DNA of 64,000 nucleotides from SAR86 cluster bacterium (lineage in GTDB: Bacteria > Pseudomonadota > Gammaproteobacteria > Magnimaribacterales > TMED112): positions 4,437 through 68,436 of the forward strand of contig QOPD01000005.1 in the NCBI GenBank assembly GCA_003331605.1, read 5' to 3'. Shown here piece after piece: positions 21,761 to 30,629 of this stretch (the first letter of the stretch is position 1; each line of letters begins with the position of its first letter). The notes beneath the pieces are model-generated. The model was not told where the DNA came from and searched no databases. It was given only the letters and a program-made list of their open reading frames with translations. A program made the translations under genes and the position numbers.

Positions 21761-22186
21761 ATGAAGTATTTTCTATCTTTATTACTTACTTTTTCAATAT
21801 ACGCATTTTCACAGGAAGATGAACCAAGCAGAGAACCAGCACCCGGAGTAACACAGCTTACCGTAGTGAAGGTTAAAACAAATTACATTCAAGATTATTT
21901 AGATGGTCTGGAGAAAACATGGGTTGCGGCCAATAAAATCCAACAAGAAATGGGGCTGATCGATGGCTACAACGTTCATGTTGGCAACAATAGCTATGTT
22001 TATCTAACAATTAACTATCCCAATTATGCAAGTCTCGATCCATGGACAGATGAGCAACAGGCTGAGTTTGAAGAAAAATTTAGACAGGTTATTTCTGAAG
22101 ACGATCAAACAGCAAGAGCTCAAGGTTACGAGGATATCAGAGAGATAGTTCGTGTTGAAATGGTTAACAGAATTATTTTTAACTAA
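21761..22186 (+). CDS. exported protein of unknown function
   Basis: AGGAG SD 6 nt before ATG 21761; signal-like MKYFLSLLLTFSIYAFSQ; 141 aa. Confidence 0.75.
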   Translation: MKYFLSLLLTFSIYAFSQEDEPSREPAPGVTQLTVVKVKTNYIQDYLDGLEKTWVAANKIQQEMGLIDGYNVHVGNNSYVYLTINYPNYASLDPWTDEQQAEFEEKFRQVISEDDQTARAQGYEDIREIVRVEMVNRIIFN

Positions 22187-22192
22187 ACCAAT

Positions 22193-22210
22193 GTGCGGCT
22201 ACGGCCGCAC
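22193..22210. terminator. GC hairpin between convergent genes (probable bidirectional terminator)
   Basis: GTGCGGC-TACG-GCCGCAC, a perfect 7-bp stem with a UNCG-type loop; U-tracts are weak. Confidence 0.55.
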
Positions 22211-23052
22211 TATCCATTCTTGTATTTTTTATTCAGTGCATAAATAATTGCAGCAGACTCCTTATCAAAGAGACCATCGTATTTGCTAGGTCTAAAATGT
22301 AGTTGAAAAGCTCTCACCGCATTTTTTGATTGTTTGTCTTCAACTCCAGTAGCTTCTATTTCATATCCATAATTAGCAAGAGCTTCTTGTAGTTTCATAA
22401 TGCTTGGCAATTCATTATTAAATCTATTTAAAAAGTACTCATAATCACTTGCTTCATACCAGGCACCAAACCCTCTTTCATAAAGCTTAAACCAAGGGAA
22501 GAAGGGGCCTGGATCAATTTTACGGTCTGGTGCAATATCTGAATGTCCTACTATATTGTTTGGTTTAAGGTCCGGATGTCGCTCAATAATATCTCGTAAT
22601 AAATTAACAACTAAATCAATTTGATCTTCATTAAATTTTTTGAAGTTACATGATGTTTGTAAGTCTTCAAATCGATCTAATTGATTGATTGATTTATCGC
22701 ACCCAGAGGTATTAACAATTTCAATACCTATAGAGTTATCATTTAAACCACGTTCACCATCCCAATAACTTAATCCCGCATGCCAGGCACGATTGTTCTC
22801 ATCAACCAGTTGGTAAATTCGTAAATTACTTTTTGAATAAGTTATGTCATTTGACTCTGGTATTAGGTAATGTGCACTTACTGGACGATCGGTTCTTTGC
22901 GTTAACAGTCTAAGACTTTCAGTAAAATTTTCTGACGTGTAGTGAATGATTAGGTAGCGTACTCTACTATCGTAATTCTCTGATTTTTTATTAATCACTG
23001 CATTTGAGCAGGACACTAGAAACAACACTAGAATGATTCGAAGCATATTCAT
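22210..23052 (-). CDS. amiD: N-acetylmuramoyl-L-alanine amidase lipoprotein (AmiD type)
   Basis: Lipobox LVSC; LIIHYT, VSAHYLI, RAWHAGLSYW, SIGIEIVN, GHSDIAPDRKIDPGPFFPW; C-terminal peptidoglycan-binding domain. Confidence 0.92.
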   Translation of the reverse strand: MNMLRIILVLFLVSCSNAVINKKSENYDSRVRYLIIHYTSENFTESLRLLTQRTDRPVSAHYLIPESNDITYSKSNLRIYQLVDENNRAWHAGLSYWDGERGLNDNSIGIEIVNTSGCDKSINQLDRFEDLQTSCNFKKFNEDQIDLVVNLLRDIIERHPDLKPNNIVGHSDIAPDRKIDPGPFFPWFKLYERGFGAWYEASDYEYFLNRFNNELPSIMKLQEALANYGYEIEATGVEDKQSKNAVRAFQLHFRPSKYDGLFDKESAAIIYALNKKYKNG

Positions 23053-23125
23053 CTTAATAAATTCAAGTAATAACAGTTTATGAAATGACTTTAATTATTT
23101 CTATTAATTTAATAATGTACATCTA

Positions 23126-24088
23126 ATGAATATTTTTAGGATTTTTTTTATTGGTCTTGCTATCGTTTTCCTTGGGTTATCAATGTATATCTACAGTGAG
23201 TTCAAATCGCTGCTAAATACTCTTGACTCAAGAGGAGACGGAGAAAATATTGGTGTATCTGACGCCTGGCGACAGCAACTAAGTCTAGATAATTCATTTA
23301 CATGGATTGGGCATGCAACCATCTATTTAAATTTAGATGGCGTTAACGTTTTATTCGACCCAATATTTTCAGAGAGATCTTCGCCAGTATCTTTTATTGG
23401 GCCAAAACGAATTATTCCTCCAGCAATTGATATTAAAAATTTACCAAAAATTGATAAGGTTTTTATCTCACACAATCATTACGATCACTTAGATATTCCC
23501 AGTCTGCGACAGCTACAAGAGCGTAATAAAGATATAATTTTCTACGTTCCTATGGGCGACCAGAAATTATTGTTAAGGAAAGGATTGTCCAATGTTAGAG
23601 AGCTAAATTGGTGGGATGAGGTTGTCGATAAAAATCTTCAGATAGTTTTCTTCCCCGTTAAGCATTGGTCAGCGCGTGGTTTTTTTGATAAAAAAGCAAG
23701 TCTTTGGGGTGGTTGGTATTTAAAATCAAATAATTATACAGTCGCTCATTTTGGTGATACCGCTTACGACGAAAGGTTTATTAAATTTCCAGAATTTATG
23801 CAAAACCTTGATTTGGCATTTATTCCTATAGGCTCATATGCACCTAGAGAAGTTGAAATGGAGCATCATGTTAATCCAGAAGAGGCTGTACAAATCTATA
23901 ATGATTTAAATGTTCAGTATGCCTATGGCATGCATTGGGGAACCTTTTTCTTATCCAAAGAAGATCTCTATGAGCCTCCAGCCTTAATTAAAAATTTAAT
24001 CTCTGATGATGTTATTTTCTCAACGTCGCAACCAGGCATTCCCTTCTACTTAAATAACCTCAACCAAGAATCAATACCAATAAAATAG
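23126..24088 (+). CDS. metallo-beta-lactamase-fold hydrolase (NAPE-PLD/RomA-like), N-terminally anchored
   Basis: TWIGHAT, ISHNHYDHLD, HWSARG, GDTAY, GMHWGTF. Confidence 0.9.
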   Translation: MNIFRIFFIGLAIVFLGLSMYIYSEFKSLLNTLDSRGDGENIGVSDAWRQQLSLDNSFTWIGHATIYLNLDGVNVLFDPIFSERSSPVSFIGPKRIIPPAIDIKNLPKIDKVFISHNHYDHLDIPSLRQLQERNKDIIFYVPMGDQKLLLRKGLSNVRELNWWDEVVDKNLQIVFFPVKHWSARGFFDKKASLWGGWYLKSNNYTVAHFGDTAYDERFIKFPEFMQNLDLAFIPIGSYAPREVEMEHHVNPEEAVQIYNDLNVQYAYGMHWGTFFLSKEDLYEPPALIKNLISDDVIFSTSQPGIPFYLNNLNQESIPIK

Positions 24089-24109
24089 GATTATTTTGAA
24101 CTATATTTA

Positions 24110-24138
24110 TTGCAAATGAGAATCATTCTCATTAGTAT
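24110..24138 (+). promoter_or_regulatory. Fur-box-containing sigma70 promoter of the FTR1 permease
   Basis: TTGCAA, 17 nt, TAGTAT; palindrome AATGAGAAT-C-ATTCTCATT at 24115-24133. Confidence 0.85.
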
Positions 24139-24147
24139 TTGTTAACA

Positions 24148-25017
24148 ATGAACGAGTTTATAATTGTCTTTCGAGAATGCTTAGAAGCATCACTAATAGT
24201 TGGTATCATTTATAGCTTTTTATCTCGTTCTAATCTAACTGAAGCAATTTCAAAACTATGGCTTGGGGTTGGTGCATCAGTACTAGCTAGTATTTTTGTA
24301 GCGTTTGTAGTGGTTTATCTTAAATCAGTAGCTGGTGATACACGGTATGAAAAATTATTTGAAGCCTTGTTTATGTATGCTGCTGCAGGCTTGATTTGGT
24401 ATGTTGTATTTTGGCTATCAAAACACGTTTCAGATCGTAAGGACCTTGAATCTAAAACAAAACAAGCTTTGAAGATGTCATCATGGGGTGTGTTTTGGGT
24501 GGTGTTCTTTTCAATTCTGAGGGAAGGGTTTGAAACAGTAGTTATGTTACTAGCTCAGGACAGAGGCGATGGTTTTTCATTTATTGGTTTTATCTTGGGC
24601 GCAACATTGGCGCTTTATATTGGCTATTTAGTAGTAGCATTGGGAAAGAAAATTAACTTAAGACCTTTTTTTAAAGGGACTACGCTATTGTTGGTACTTT
24701 TGGCATCCGGTATGATTGCTTATGGCACACACGAAGCTGAAGAGTATTTAGAAAAATCTGGTTATATTGAAAAAAATCAAATTTCACGACCATGGGATAT
24801 ATTGCAGCCAACATCCGAAAAACCAGACAACGATATCCTTTATAGGTACGATGGCAGCAAAGACCTATACTATCACCCCTTGCATGACTCAGGTTATGCG
24901 GGTGAATTTGCTAAGGGTTTTTTTGGCTACAATTCAAATCCAAATTATGTAGAATTGCTGTTGTGGTTAATTTCATTATTTTTTGGCCTCAATCTATGGC
25001 GTAGATTTTACGGCTGA
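24148..25017 (+). CDS. FTR1/EfeU-family iron permease
   Basis: Two RExxE motifs (FRECLEAS, LREGFETV), multiple TMs, C-terminal GFFGYNSNP. Confidence 0.93.
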   Translation: MNEFIIVFRECLEASLIVGIIYSFLSRSNLTEAISKLWLGVGASVLASIFVAFVVVYLKSVAGDTRYEKLFEALFMYAAAGLIWYVVFWLSKHVSDRKDLESKTKQALKMSSWGVFWVVFFSILREGFETVVMLLAQDRGDGFSFIGFILGATLALYIGYLVVALGKKINLRPFFKGTTLLLVLLASGMIAYGTHEAEEYLEKSGYIEKNQISRPWDILQPTSEKPDNDILYRYDGSKDLYYHPLHDSGYAGEFAKGFFGYNSNPNYVELLLWLISLFFGLNLWRRFYG

Positions 25018-25083
25018 TAAAACGAAAATTCCTAAAAGATTAAATATGCAACTATTTTAATGAACTGCTAGTATATTTGGTAT

Positions 25084-25626
25084 ATGGAAACTTTAAGCGA
25101 ACTAATACTTCTTCTTGGTCAGTTTTTATCTGATTCTTTAAACTACCTCATGCATTCCATAAGCTTTTATATCCAGACAAGTTTAGAAAGCATCTCCCCA
25201 AGCAGCAGTGAAATCTCCTCGTATGCACCGTGGGCTGGTGAGTCATATGTTGGACGACTTACTGGGCTATTTTTTGTAATCATATTTTTTGGTTTGCCAA
25301 TATGGATAGTTTTAATTGTTAATTTTTTTAAAAACAGACGAGCAAAACTAGTACATGATACTTTGCAAATTGCATTACAAAACGGTCAAGAACTATCTGT
25401 TGATGTCATCAAATCTCTTCCTGGATATGAGGGAGAAAAGAAAAAAGACTCCAATCAAGCATTCACTACTACCGGTACTGGGCTGGGTCTAATTTTCTTT
25501 GGGCTTCTATTATTTCAGAGCTTTTACAACCCACTCTCAGGGATCGGTGCATTGATCTTCTTTATTGGTTTAGCTGAATTAGTTGGGAAGTACATTATTA
25601 AAAAAGATAGACCAGCTAATGTTTAA
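25084..25626 (+). CDS. membrane protein with DUF6249-like region
   Basis: TM, then KNRRAKLVHDTLQIALQNG, then two C-terminal TMs; precedes the ECF sigma gene. The DUF name is recalled, not searched. Confidence 0.6.
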   Translation: METLSELILLLGQFLSDSLNYLMHSISFYIQTSLESISPSSSEISSYAPWAGESYVGRLTGLFFVIIFFGLPIWIVLIVNFFKNRRAKLVHDTLQIALQNGQELSVDVIKSLPGYEGEKKKDSNQAFTTTGTGLGLIFFGLLLFQSFYNPLSGIGALIFFIGLAELVGKYIIKKDRPANV

Positions 25627-26117
25627 TGATCTCAGATCAAGAAATAGTAGAGAAATGTATACAAGAAGGAAATGAACATTTTGAAGAGCTTATCAAAAGA
25701 CATTCAAACTATATCTTTGGTTTTATGATGCGTCTTACAGGTGGAAATCAAATGTTTGCTGAGGATTTAACACAAACTGCTTTTCTAAGAGCCATCTCTT
25801 ATCTCCAATCTTACAATCCAGCCAAAGAGTTTAGAGGGTGGCTTGCCACTATAGCAATTAATAGTTTCCGTACAGAAGTACGAAAACACGCAAAATATAC
25901 CTTAGAAGAAAATATGGATCACATTAGCGCCAACGAACAGAGGGGAGATAATCAAGATTTTTATAAATTACTAAGTCATCTGTCATCAGATGAGCGCACA
26001 ATCCTTACCATGAAGTACATTTACGACTATAAAAATGCCGACATAGCAAGAGATCTTAATATGAATTTAAATACAGTAAAGTCAGTAATTAAAAGAGCTC
26101 TAGAGAAGTTAAAATGA
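25626..26117 (+). CDS. ECF-family RNA polymerase sigma factor
   Basis: Region 2 AEDLTQTAFLRA...FRGWLATIAIN; region 4 YKNADIARDLNMNLNTVKSVIKRA. Confidence 0.93.
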   Translation: MISDQEIVEKCIQEGNEHFEELIKRHSNYIFGFMMRLTGGNQMFAEDLTQTAFLRAISYLQSYNPAKEFRGWLATIAINSFRTEVRKHAKYTLEENMDHISANEQRGDNQDFYKLLSHLSSDERTILTMKYIYDYKNADIARDLNMNLNTVKSVIKRALEKLK

Positions 26118-26458
26118 TGAACAATAACCTAAAAAATGCCATTGCAGACGAGAAGCTTAAACACTATAGAGTGAACAACCCTAATTTGTTAGCTAGATAC
26201 GTAGTAATGATGTCAAAGATAAGATCGTCAGCATCTATTGGTATTATTGATTTAATGTTTTTTCTTGTGTTTATAGTTATTGGTGCTATTAATCATGAAT
26301 TAATTTTTTCTATCATTAATAACTTCAACCAAATTTTTAACACTCCATTAGTTTTTATAGAAACTTACTTTTATCCAATTTGTATTTCACTAATACTAGT
26401 GACTATCTATAGTTACTTGCGAAATATGGATTCAAAAATATTTAATTTTTTTAAATAA
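26114..26458 (+). CDS. two-TM membrane protein, putative anti-sigma factor
   Basis: ATGA-coupled to the sigma gene; short cytoplasmic N-terminus plus two hydrophobic segments. Confidence 0.55.
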   Translation: MMNNNLKNAIADEKLKHYRVNNPNLLARYVVMMSKIRSSASIGIIDLMFFLVFIVIGAINHELIFSIINNFNQIFNTPLVFIETYFYPICISLILVTIYSYLRNMDSKIFNFFK

Positions 26459-26463
26459 ATAAA

Positions 26464-27423
26464 ATGATAAAAAAGTTTTTTATATTTATTTATTGCTTAT
26501 TTTTTTCTATAGACCTCATTGCTAGCAATGATGGATATGCCAGAAATGGTCAAGTTGATATTTTCTACAAAGATCTTGGTCCTGCTGAAAATACACCAGT
26601 AATCCTTGTAATGGGTCTAGGAGGCCAGCTAACCTATTGGCCTGATTACCTTTTGGATTTTTTAATCGAGGGTGGCTATCGCCCAATAATCTTCGATAAT
26701 CGGGATGTTGGCTTTTCCACTAGCTTTGAATCTGAAGGTAGGCCCAATGTATTTTTAAATTATCTTAAATTTTATTTAAACCTACCGATTAAATCTCCGT
26801 ATTCCCTTGATGATATGTCTAATGACATCATTGCTGTTTTAGATACCTTAGATATTAAAAAATCACACCTCATCGGCATGTCAATGGGTGGAATGATTTC
26901 TCAACATGTCTTGATAAATAATCCAAATCGATTCTATTCATACACACAAATTGCATCTATGGTTAAAGCGCCTGATGCAAGGACTGCTCCTAAAGGCCGT
27001 TTGGGTGAACTGCTTCGTAATAGGGCAGGACGTTCATTAACAGATGAGCAAAGAATTGATAGAGCAATAGAAATCTACACACTGCTAGGTGCAGGTAAAG
27101 AAAACTTCGATAATCCCGAATTTCGTCAAGGAGTAAAAAAAAATATAGAAAGAAGTCCCAATGACACAGGTTTTTCTAGGCAATTATTAGCCATCATTGC
27201 AGACCGCAAGCGAATTAATAATATTCAAAAGATTGCTACGCCAACACTTATTATTCACGGCACCCTAGATCCACTTATTCCCATATCAGAAGGAAAAAGA
27301 TCACACGAGTTGATAAAAAACAGCAGTTTTGTAGAAATTAAAAATATGGGTCATTTATTAAGCCAAGAAATCTTGGAAGAATTCAGTGAGCCCTTATCTC
27401 AACATCTAGCAAATAATAGTTAA
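26464..27423 (+). CDS. alpha/beta hydrolase (esterase) with signal peptide
   Basis: LVMGLGGQL, FDNRDVGFS, GMSMGG nucleophile elbow, HGTLDPL, NMGH. Confidence 0.92.
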   Translation: MIKKFFIFIYCLFFSIDLIASNDGYARNGQVDIFYKDLGPAENTPVILVMGLGGQLTYWPDYLLDFLIEGGYRPIIFDNRDVGFSTSFESEGRPNVFLNYLKFYLNLPIKSPYSLDDMSNDIIAVLDTLDIKKSHLIGMSMGGMISQHVLINNPNRFYSYTQIASMVKAPDARTAPKGRLGELLRNRAGRSLTDEQRIDRAIEIYTLLGAGKENFDNPEFRQGVKKNIERSPNDTGFSRQLLAIIADRKRINNIQKIATPTLIIHGTLDPLIPISEGKRSHELIKNSSFVEIKNMGHLLSQEILEEFSEPLSQHLANNS

Positions 27424-28235
27424 GACTTTACTGAGTAAGAACCTATTATTCGTAATTCGTCTGAAATATCTTCCAGAATATTAATTAATTCTTGTATTTT
27501 GCTGTCCTCATACCAACCTTCAAAATCTATGAAAAAAGTATGCAAATATTGATTATTTCTGGAGGGTCTCGTCTCTATGCGTGTCATATTTATATCTAAA
27601 TCTGAAAAAGGGTGCAAAATTTTCATTAGCGATCCAGGAGTATCAGCAATATTAACCATGATTGATGTCTTGTTTATTGATGAACGTTCCTCAATCATCT
27701 TGCCAATTACCAAAAATCTTGTTGAGTTATTAGATGAATCCTGTATATCTTTTACATGAGAATGTAATTTAAACAGTTTAATTGCATATTCATTGGCAAT
27801 ACAAAAGATATTAGCATTTTCACTTGCCATTTTGGCTGCCTCTGCCGTGCTTGTGCAGACAATTTTTTCTGCGTTTGGATAATTGCTACTCAACCAATAA
27901 TTACATTGACCAAGAACTTGCGGATGGCTAGCAATTTTTAGAACATTTATATCAGTAATATCTGCATTAGATGAGCAAAATGAATGACTAATGGCAAAAT
28001 TAAGTTCTTGTACGATTTTTAAATCATAATCTATAAGACAATTTAAAGATGAATTTATTACACCCTGATATGAATTTTCAAATGGAATGACGCCATAGTA
28101 GGAATGACTTAAAGCAACTTTTTGAAATATATCTTCAATTGAAGGAAGAGGAACATAAGCAAACTCTGAAGTAAATATTTCTTGCGCTGCTAAATTAGAG
28201 TTTGTACCTTCAGGGCCTAAGTAGAAAACTTTCAC
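27420..28235 (-). CDS. pheA: monofunctional prephenate dehydratase with ACT domain (no chorismate mutase domain)
   Basis: YLGPEGTNS, PFENSYQG, SHPQVLGQC, NSTRFLVI, NMTRIETRP; GTG start. Confidence 0.93.
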   Translation of the reverse strand: MKVFYLGPEGTNSNLAAQEIFTSEFAYVPLPSIEDIFQKVALSHSYYGVIPFENSYQGVINSSLNCLIDYDLKIVQELNFAISHSFCSSNADITDINVLKIASHPQVLGQCNYWLSSNYPNAEKIVCTSTAEAAKMASENANIFCIANEYAIKLFKLHSHVKDIQDSSNNSTRFLVIGKMIEERSSINKTSIMVNIADTPGSLMKILHPFSDLDINMTRIETRPSRNNQYLHTFFIDFEGWYEDSKIQELINILEDISDELRIIGSYSVKS

Positions 28236-28261
28236 GATTGGATTGTAATGATTTTTTACAC

Positions 28262-28286
28262 AAAAAAAAACTGAGCAAGCTCAGTT
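28262..28286 (-). terminator. intrinsic terminator
   Basis: Minus strand: AACTGAG-CTTG-CTCAG followed by 9 T. Confidence 0.9.
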
Positions 28287-28483
28287 CTTTTAAGTTCGAG
28301 ATCAGTGGGTGTCAAAAGTGAGATTATCTTTTGCATCCTTGGATAAGATCTCTTTTATCCTTGGTGGTCAAGTTTGCTTTTTTGCCGGCTAGCTTACTTG
28401 AACTTTCACCCTTCTGTTCTCTGCCTGTGGTTTCTTTCTAATTTGGGTTCTGCAGTTCCCTTCTTAGTCTGTTACCGCGAGGT
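28262..28483 (-). ncRNA. candidate ~220-nt structured non-coding RNA or leader, family unassigned
   Basis: About 40% GC by hand count, against very AT-rich flanks; several complementary stems; bounded by a sigma70 promoter and a terminator; no convincing long ORF. Confidence 0.65.
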
Positions 28484-28490
28484 AAGTACT

Positions 28491-28519
28491 AATTTACAAA
28501 AGAGAATTTCTTTACGCAA
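28491..28519 (-). promoter_or_regulatory. sigma70 promoter of the candidate RNA
   Basis: TTGCGT (28519-28514), 17 nt, TAAATT (28496-28491); A/T tracts upstream resemble an UP element. Confidence 0.65.
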
Positions 28520-28735
28520 GTGTAATGTAAAAAAAAATACTACTTTTTTTTTTATACTCTAGAACCCCATATATTTAATGGCTTATGTAGAATGATAAAA
28601 ATAAAAAAAGTTTAATTTATTCAATTATTATTTTTTCTTGTGATTAAAAAATAATCAAAGTGTTTATTAAATAACCAATATTTAATTATTTTTTTATCAA
28701 ATTTAAATCTATAATTTAATTAAAAGGAGATAACT

Positions 28736-29527
28736 ATGAGTTATGCAATTATTACCGGTCCTACTGCTGGTATTGGAAAAGCTATTTCTTATCAATTAGC
28801 TAAAAAAGGGTACAACCTTATTTTGGTTGCTCGCAGAGAAGAACGATTAAAGGACATCTCAAATGAACTGCAAAAGAAATTTAATATAAAGGTAGATTAT
28901 CTAAAAGAAGACCTAACAAACAAAGATGCACCACGAAATATATTTAACTATGTTGATCAAAATAATTTAGATGTTGAAGTTTTAATTCTTAACGCTGGCT
29001 ACCAGCACCACAAAAAATTTGAGGATGTATCCTTAGAGGACGAAGAAGATTGCTTAAGAGTCTTAGGCCTTTCGGTCATTATGCAAAGCAAACTGTTCAT
29101 TAAAAAATTAATTAATCGTGGTGGCGGTAGAATAATGGTAGTCTCATCTGTTGCTGGATTTGCACCTCCGTCTGGAGAGTTTGCTACTCTATATGGGCCT
29201 GTAAAAACTTTCATGAATCGATTTGTTGAAGCTTTGAATGTTGCATATAACAAACACAATATCTATGCAACAGCATTATGTCCAGGTTTTACTATCACAG
29301 AATTTCATAGCGTTAGTGGCACGCAAGATAGGATGGATAAAGTGCCAAAATTTATGAAGTATTCAGCAGAACACGTCGCTAAAGAGGGAATAGATGGAAT
29401 GTTTAAAAATAAAGAGATAGTAATTTCTGGTGGTATATATAGATTTTTAGTTAGTGGCTTAAGTTATTTGCCTAAATCCTTTATACGGTTTATTGGTAAT
29501 AAAATTGCAGGTGGAAGATATGAGTAG
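28736..29527 (+). CDS. short-chain dehydrogenase/reductase
   Basis: ITGPTAGIG, LVARR, ILNAG, YGPVK, LCPGFT; SD AGGAG. Confidence 0.93.
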   Translation: MSYAIITGPTAGIGKAISYQLAKKGYNLILVARREERLKDISNELQKKFNIKVDYLKEDLTNKDAPRNIFNYVDQNNLDVEVLILNAGYQHHKKFEDVSLEDEEDCLRVLGLSVIMQSKLFIKKLINRGGGRIMVVSSVAGFAPPSGEFATLYGPVKTFMNRFVEALNVAYNKHNIYATALCPGFTITEFHSVSGTQDRMDKVPKFMKYSAEHVAKEGIDGMFKNKEIVISGGIYRFLVSGLSYLPKSFIRFIGNKIAGGRYE

Positions 29528-30629
29528 AGTAATTATATTGGTTTTATTGTTAGGTAGTTGTACCACTCAATTTGATGCAAATAAATTTGCCCAAGATCAT
29601 TTAATTATCGATACACATATTGATATTCCTTACAGATTAAAGGCTCAGCTCGACGAAACTGGAGAATTCGAAAATATAGGAGAATCAACTAGTTTTGATT
29701 TTGATTATCCTAGAGCAGTCGCAGGTGGTCTAAATGTACCATTCTTTTCAATTTATTTGCCTGCCAGCACGGAGACTGATGGAACTAGTTTTGAAGTAGC
29801 AAATCAGCTAATAGGTATTGTTAATGATGTGATTAAAGAAAATAATGACAAATACTTTTTATTGGATCAAAGTACTTATTTAGGGAATTTGCCTGGACAA
29901 AATTTAGTTGGAATAGCTTTAGGGATGGAAAACGGTGCTCCGATCGAGGGGCAACTTGATAGAGTTCGATACTTTTATGATAAAGGTATTCGTTATATAA
30001 CCTTGGCACATTCAGAAAGTAATCATATTTCTGATTCATCATACGATGAAAATAAAAGATGGAAAGGCTTAAGTCCATTCGGCAAAGAACTTATTGTTGA
30101 AATGAACAATGTTGGGATGATGATTGATATTTCTCATGTTTCTGATGATGCTTTTATGCAAGTGCTTGAAATTTCAAAAACCCCTGTGATTGCAAGTCAT
30201 TCTTCACTTAGACATTTCACACCTGGTTGGGAGAGAAATGTTTCTGATGAAATGTTAACCAAATTAGCAGTGAATGGCGGTGTTCTACAAATTAATTTCG
30301 GGTCAAGTTTCATTATAGATAAAGCAAGAACTAACGATGCCAATCCTTCAGAAGACTATAATTTTGCTACCCTTGAACAAGTTGTAGATCATTTTGACCG
30401 TGCTGTTTCATTGGCAGGAATTGATCATGTTGGAATTGGTTCTGACTATGATGGAGTAGGTGATACGCTCCCCATTGGTTTAAAGGATGTGTCACAATTT
30501 CCTAATTTAATTGAAGAGCTTTATAAACGTGGCTATTCTAGAAGTGATATCGCTAAGATTTTAGGTGGTAATACGGCTAGAGTATGGCGTGAGGTAGAAG
30601 TGTATGCAAAAAATCAATCCAATAGATAA
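29520..30629 (+). CDS. membrane dipeptidase (M19) lipoprotein
   Basis: Lipobox LGSC; IDTHID, GMENG, ITLAH, IDISH, IASHS, GIGSDYDG. Confidence 0.93.
   Translation: MSRVIILVLLLGSCTTQFDANKFAQDHLIIDTHIDIPYRLKAQLDETGEFENIGESTSFDFDYPRAVAGGLNVPFFSIYLPASTETDGTSFEVANQLIGIVNDVIKENNDKYFLLDQSTYLGNLPGQNLVGIALGMENGAPIEGQLDRVRYFYDKGIRYITLAHSESNHISDSSYDENKRWKGLSPFGKELIVEMNNVGMMIDISHVSDDAFMQVLEISKTPVIASHSSLRHFTPGWERNVSDEMLTKLAVNGGVLQINFGSSFIIDKARTNDANPSEDYNFATLEQVVDHFDRAVSLAGIDHVGIGSDYDGVGDTLPIGLKDVSQFPNLIEELYKRGYSRSDIAKILGGNTARVWREVEVYAKNQSNR

Noticed and set aside
28330-28470. CsrB/RsmZ-type sRNA interpretation of the candidate RNA
   Set aside because: Only three GGA motifs, and the best ones fall in stems rather than loops. 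Not excluded, but unsupported.
28374-28562. 62-aa plus-strand ORF in the pheA upstream region
   Set aside because: TTG start, no RBS, no motif; promoter and terminator signals point to minus-strand transcription.
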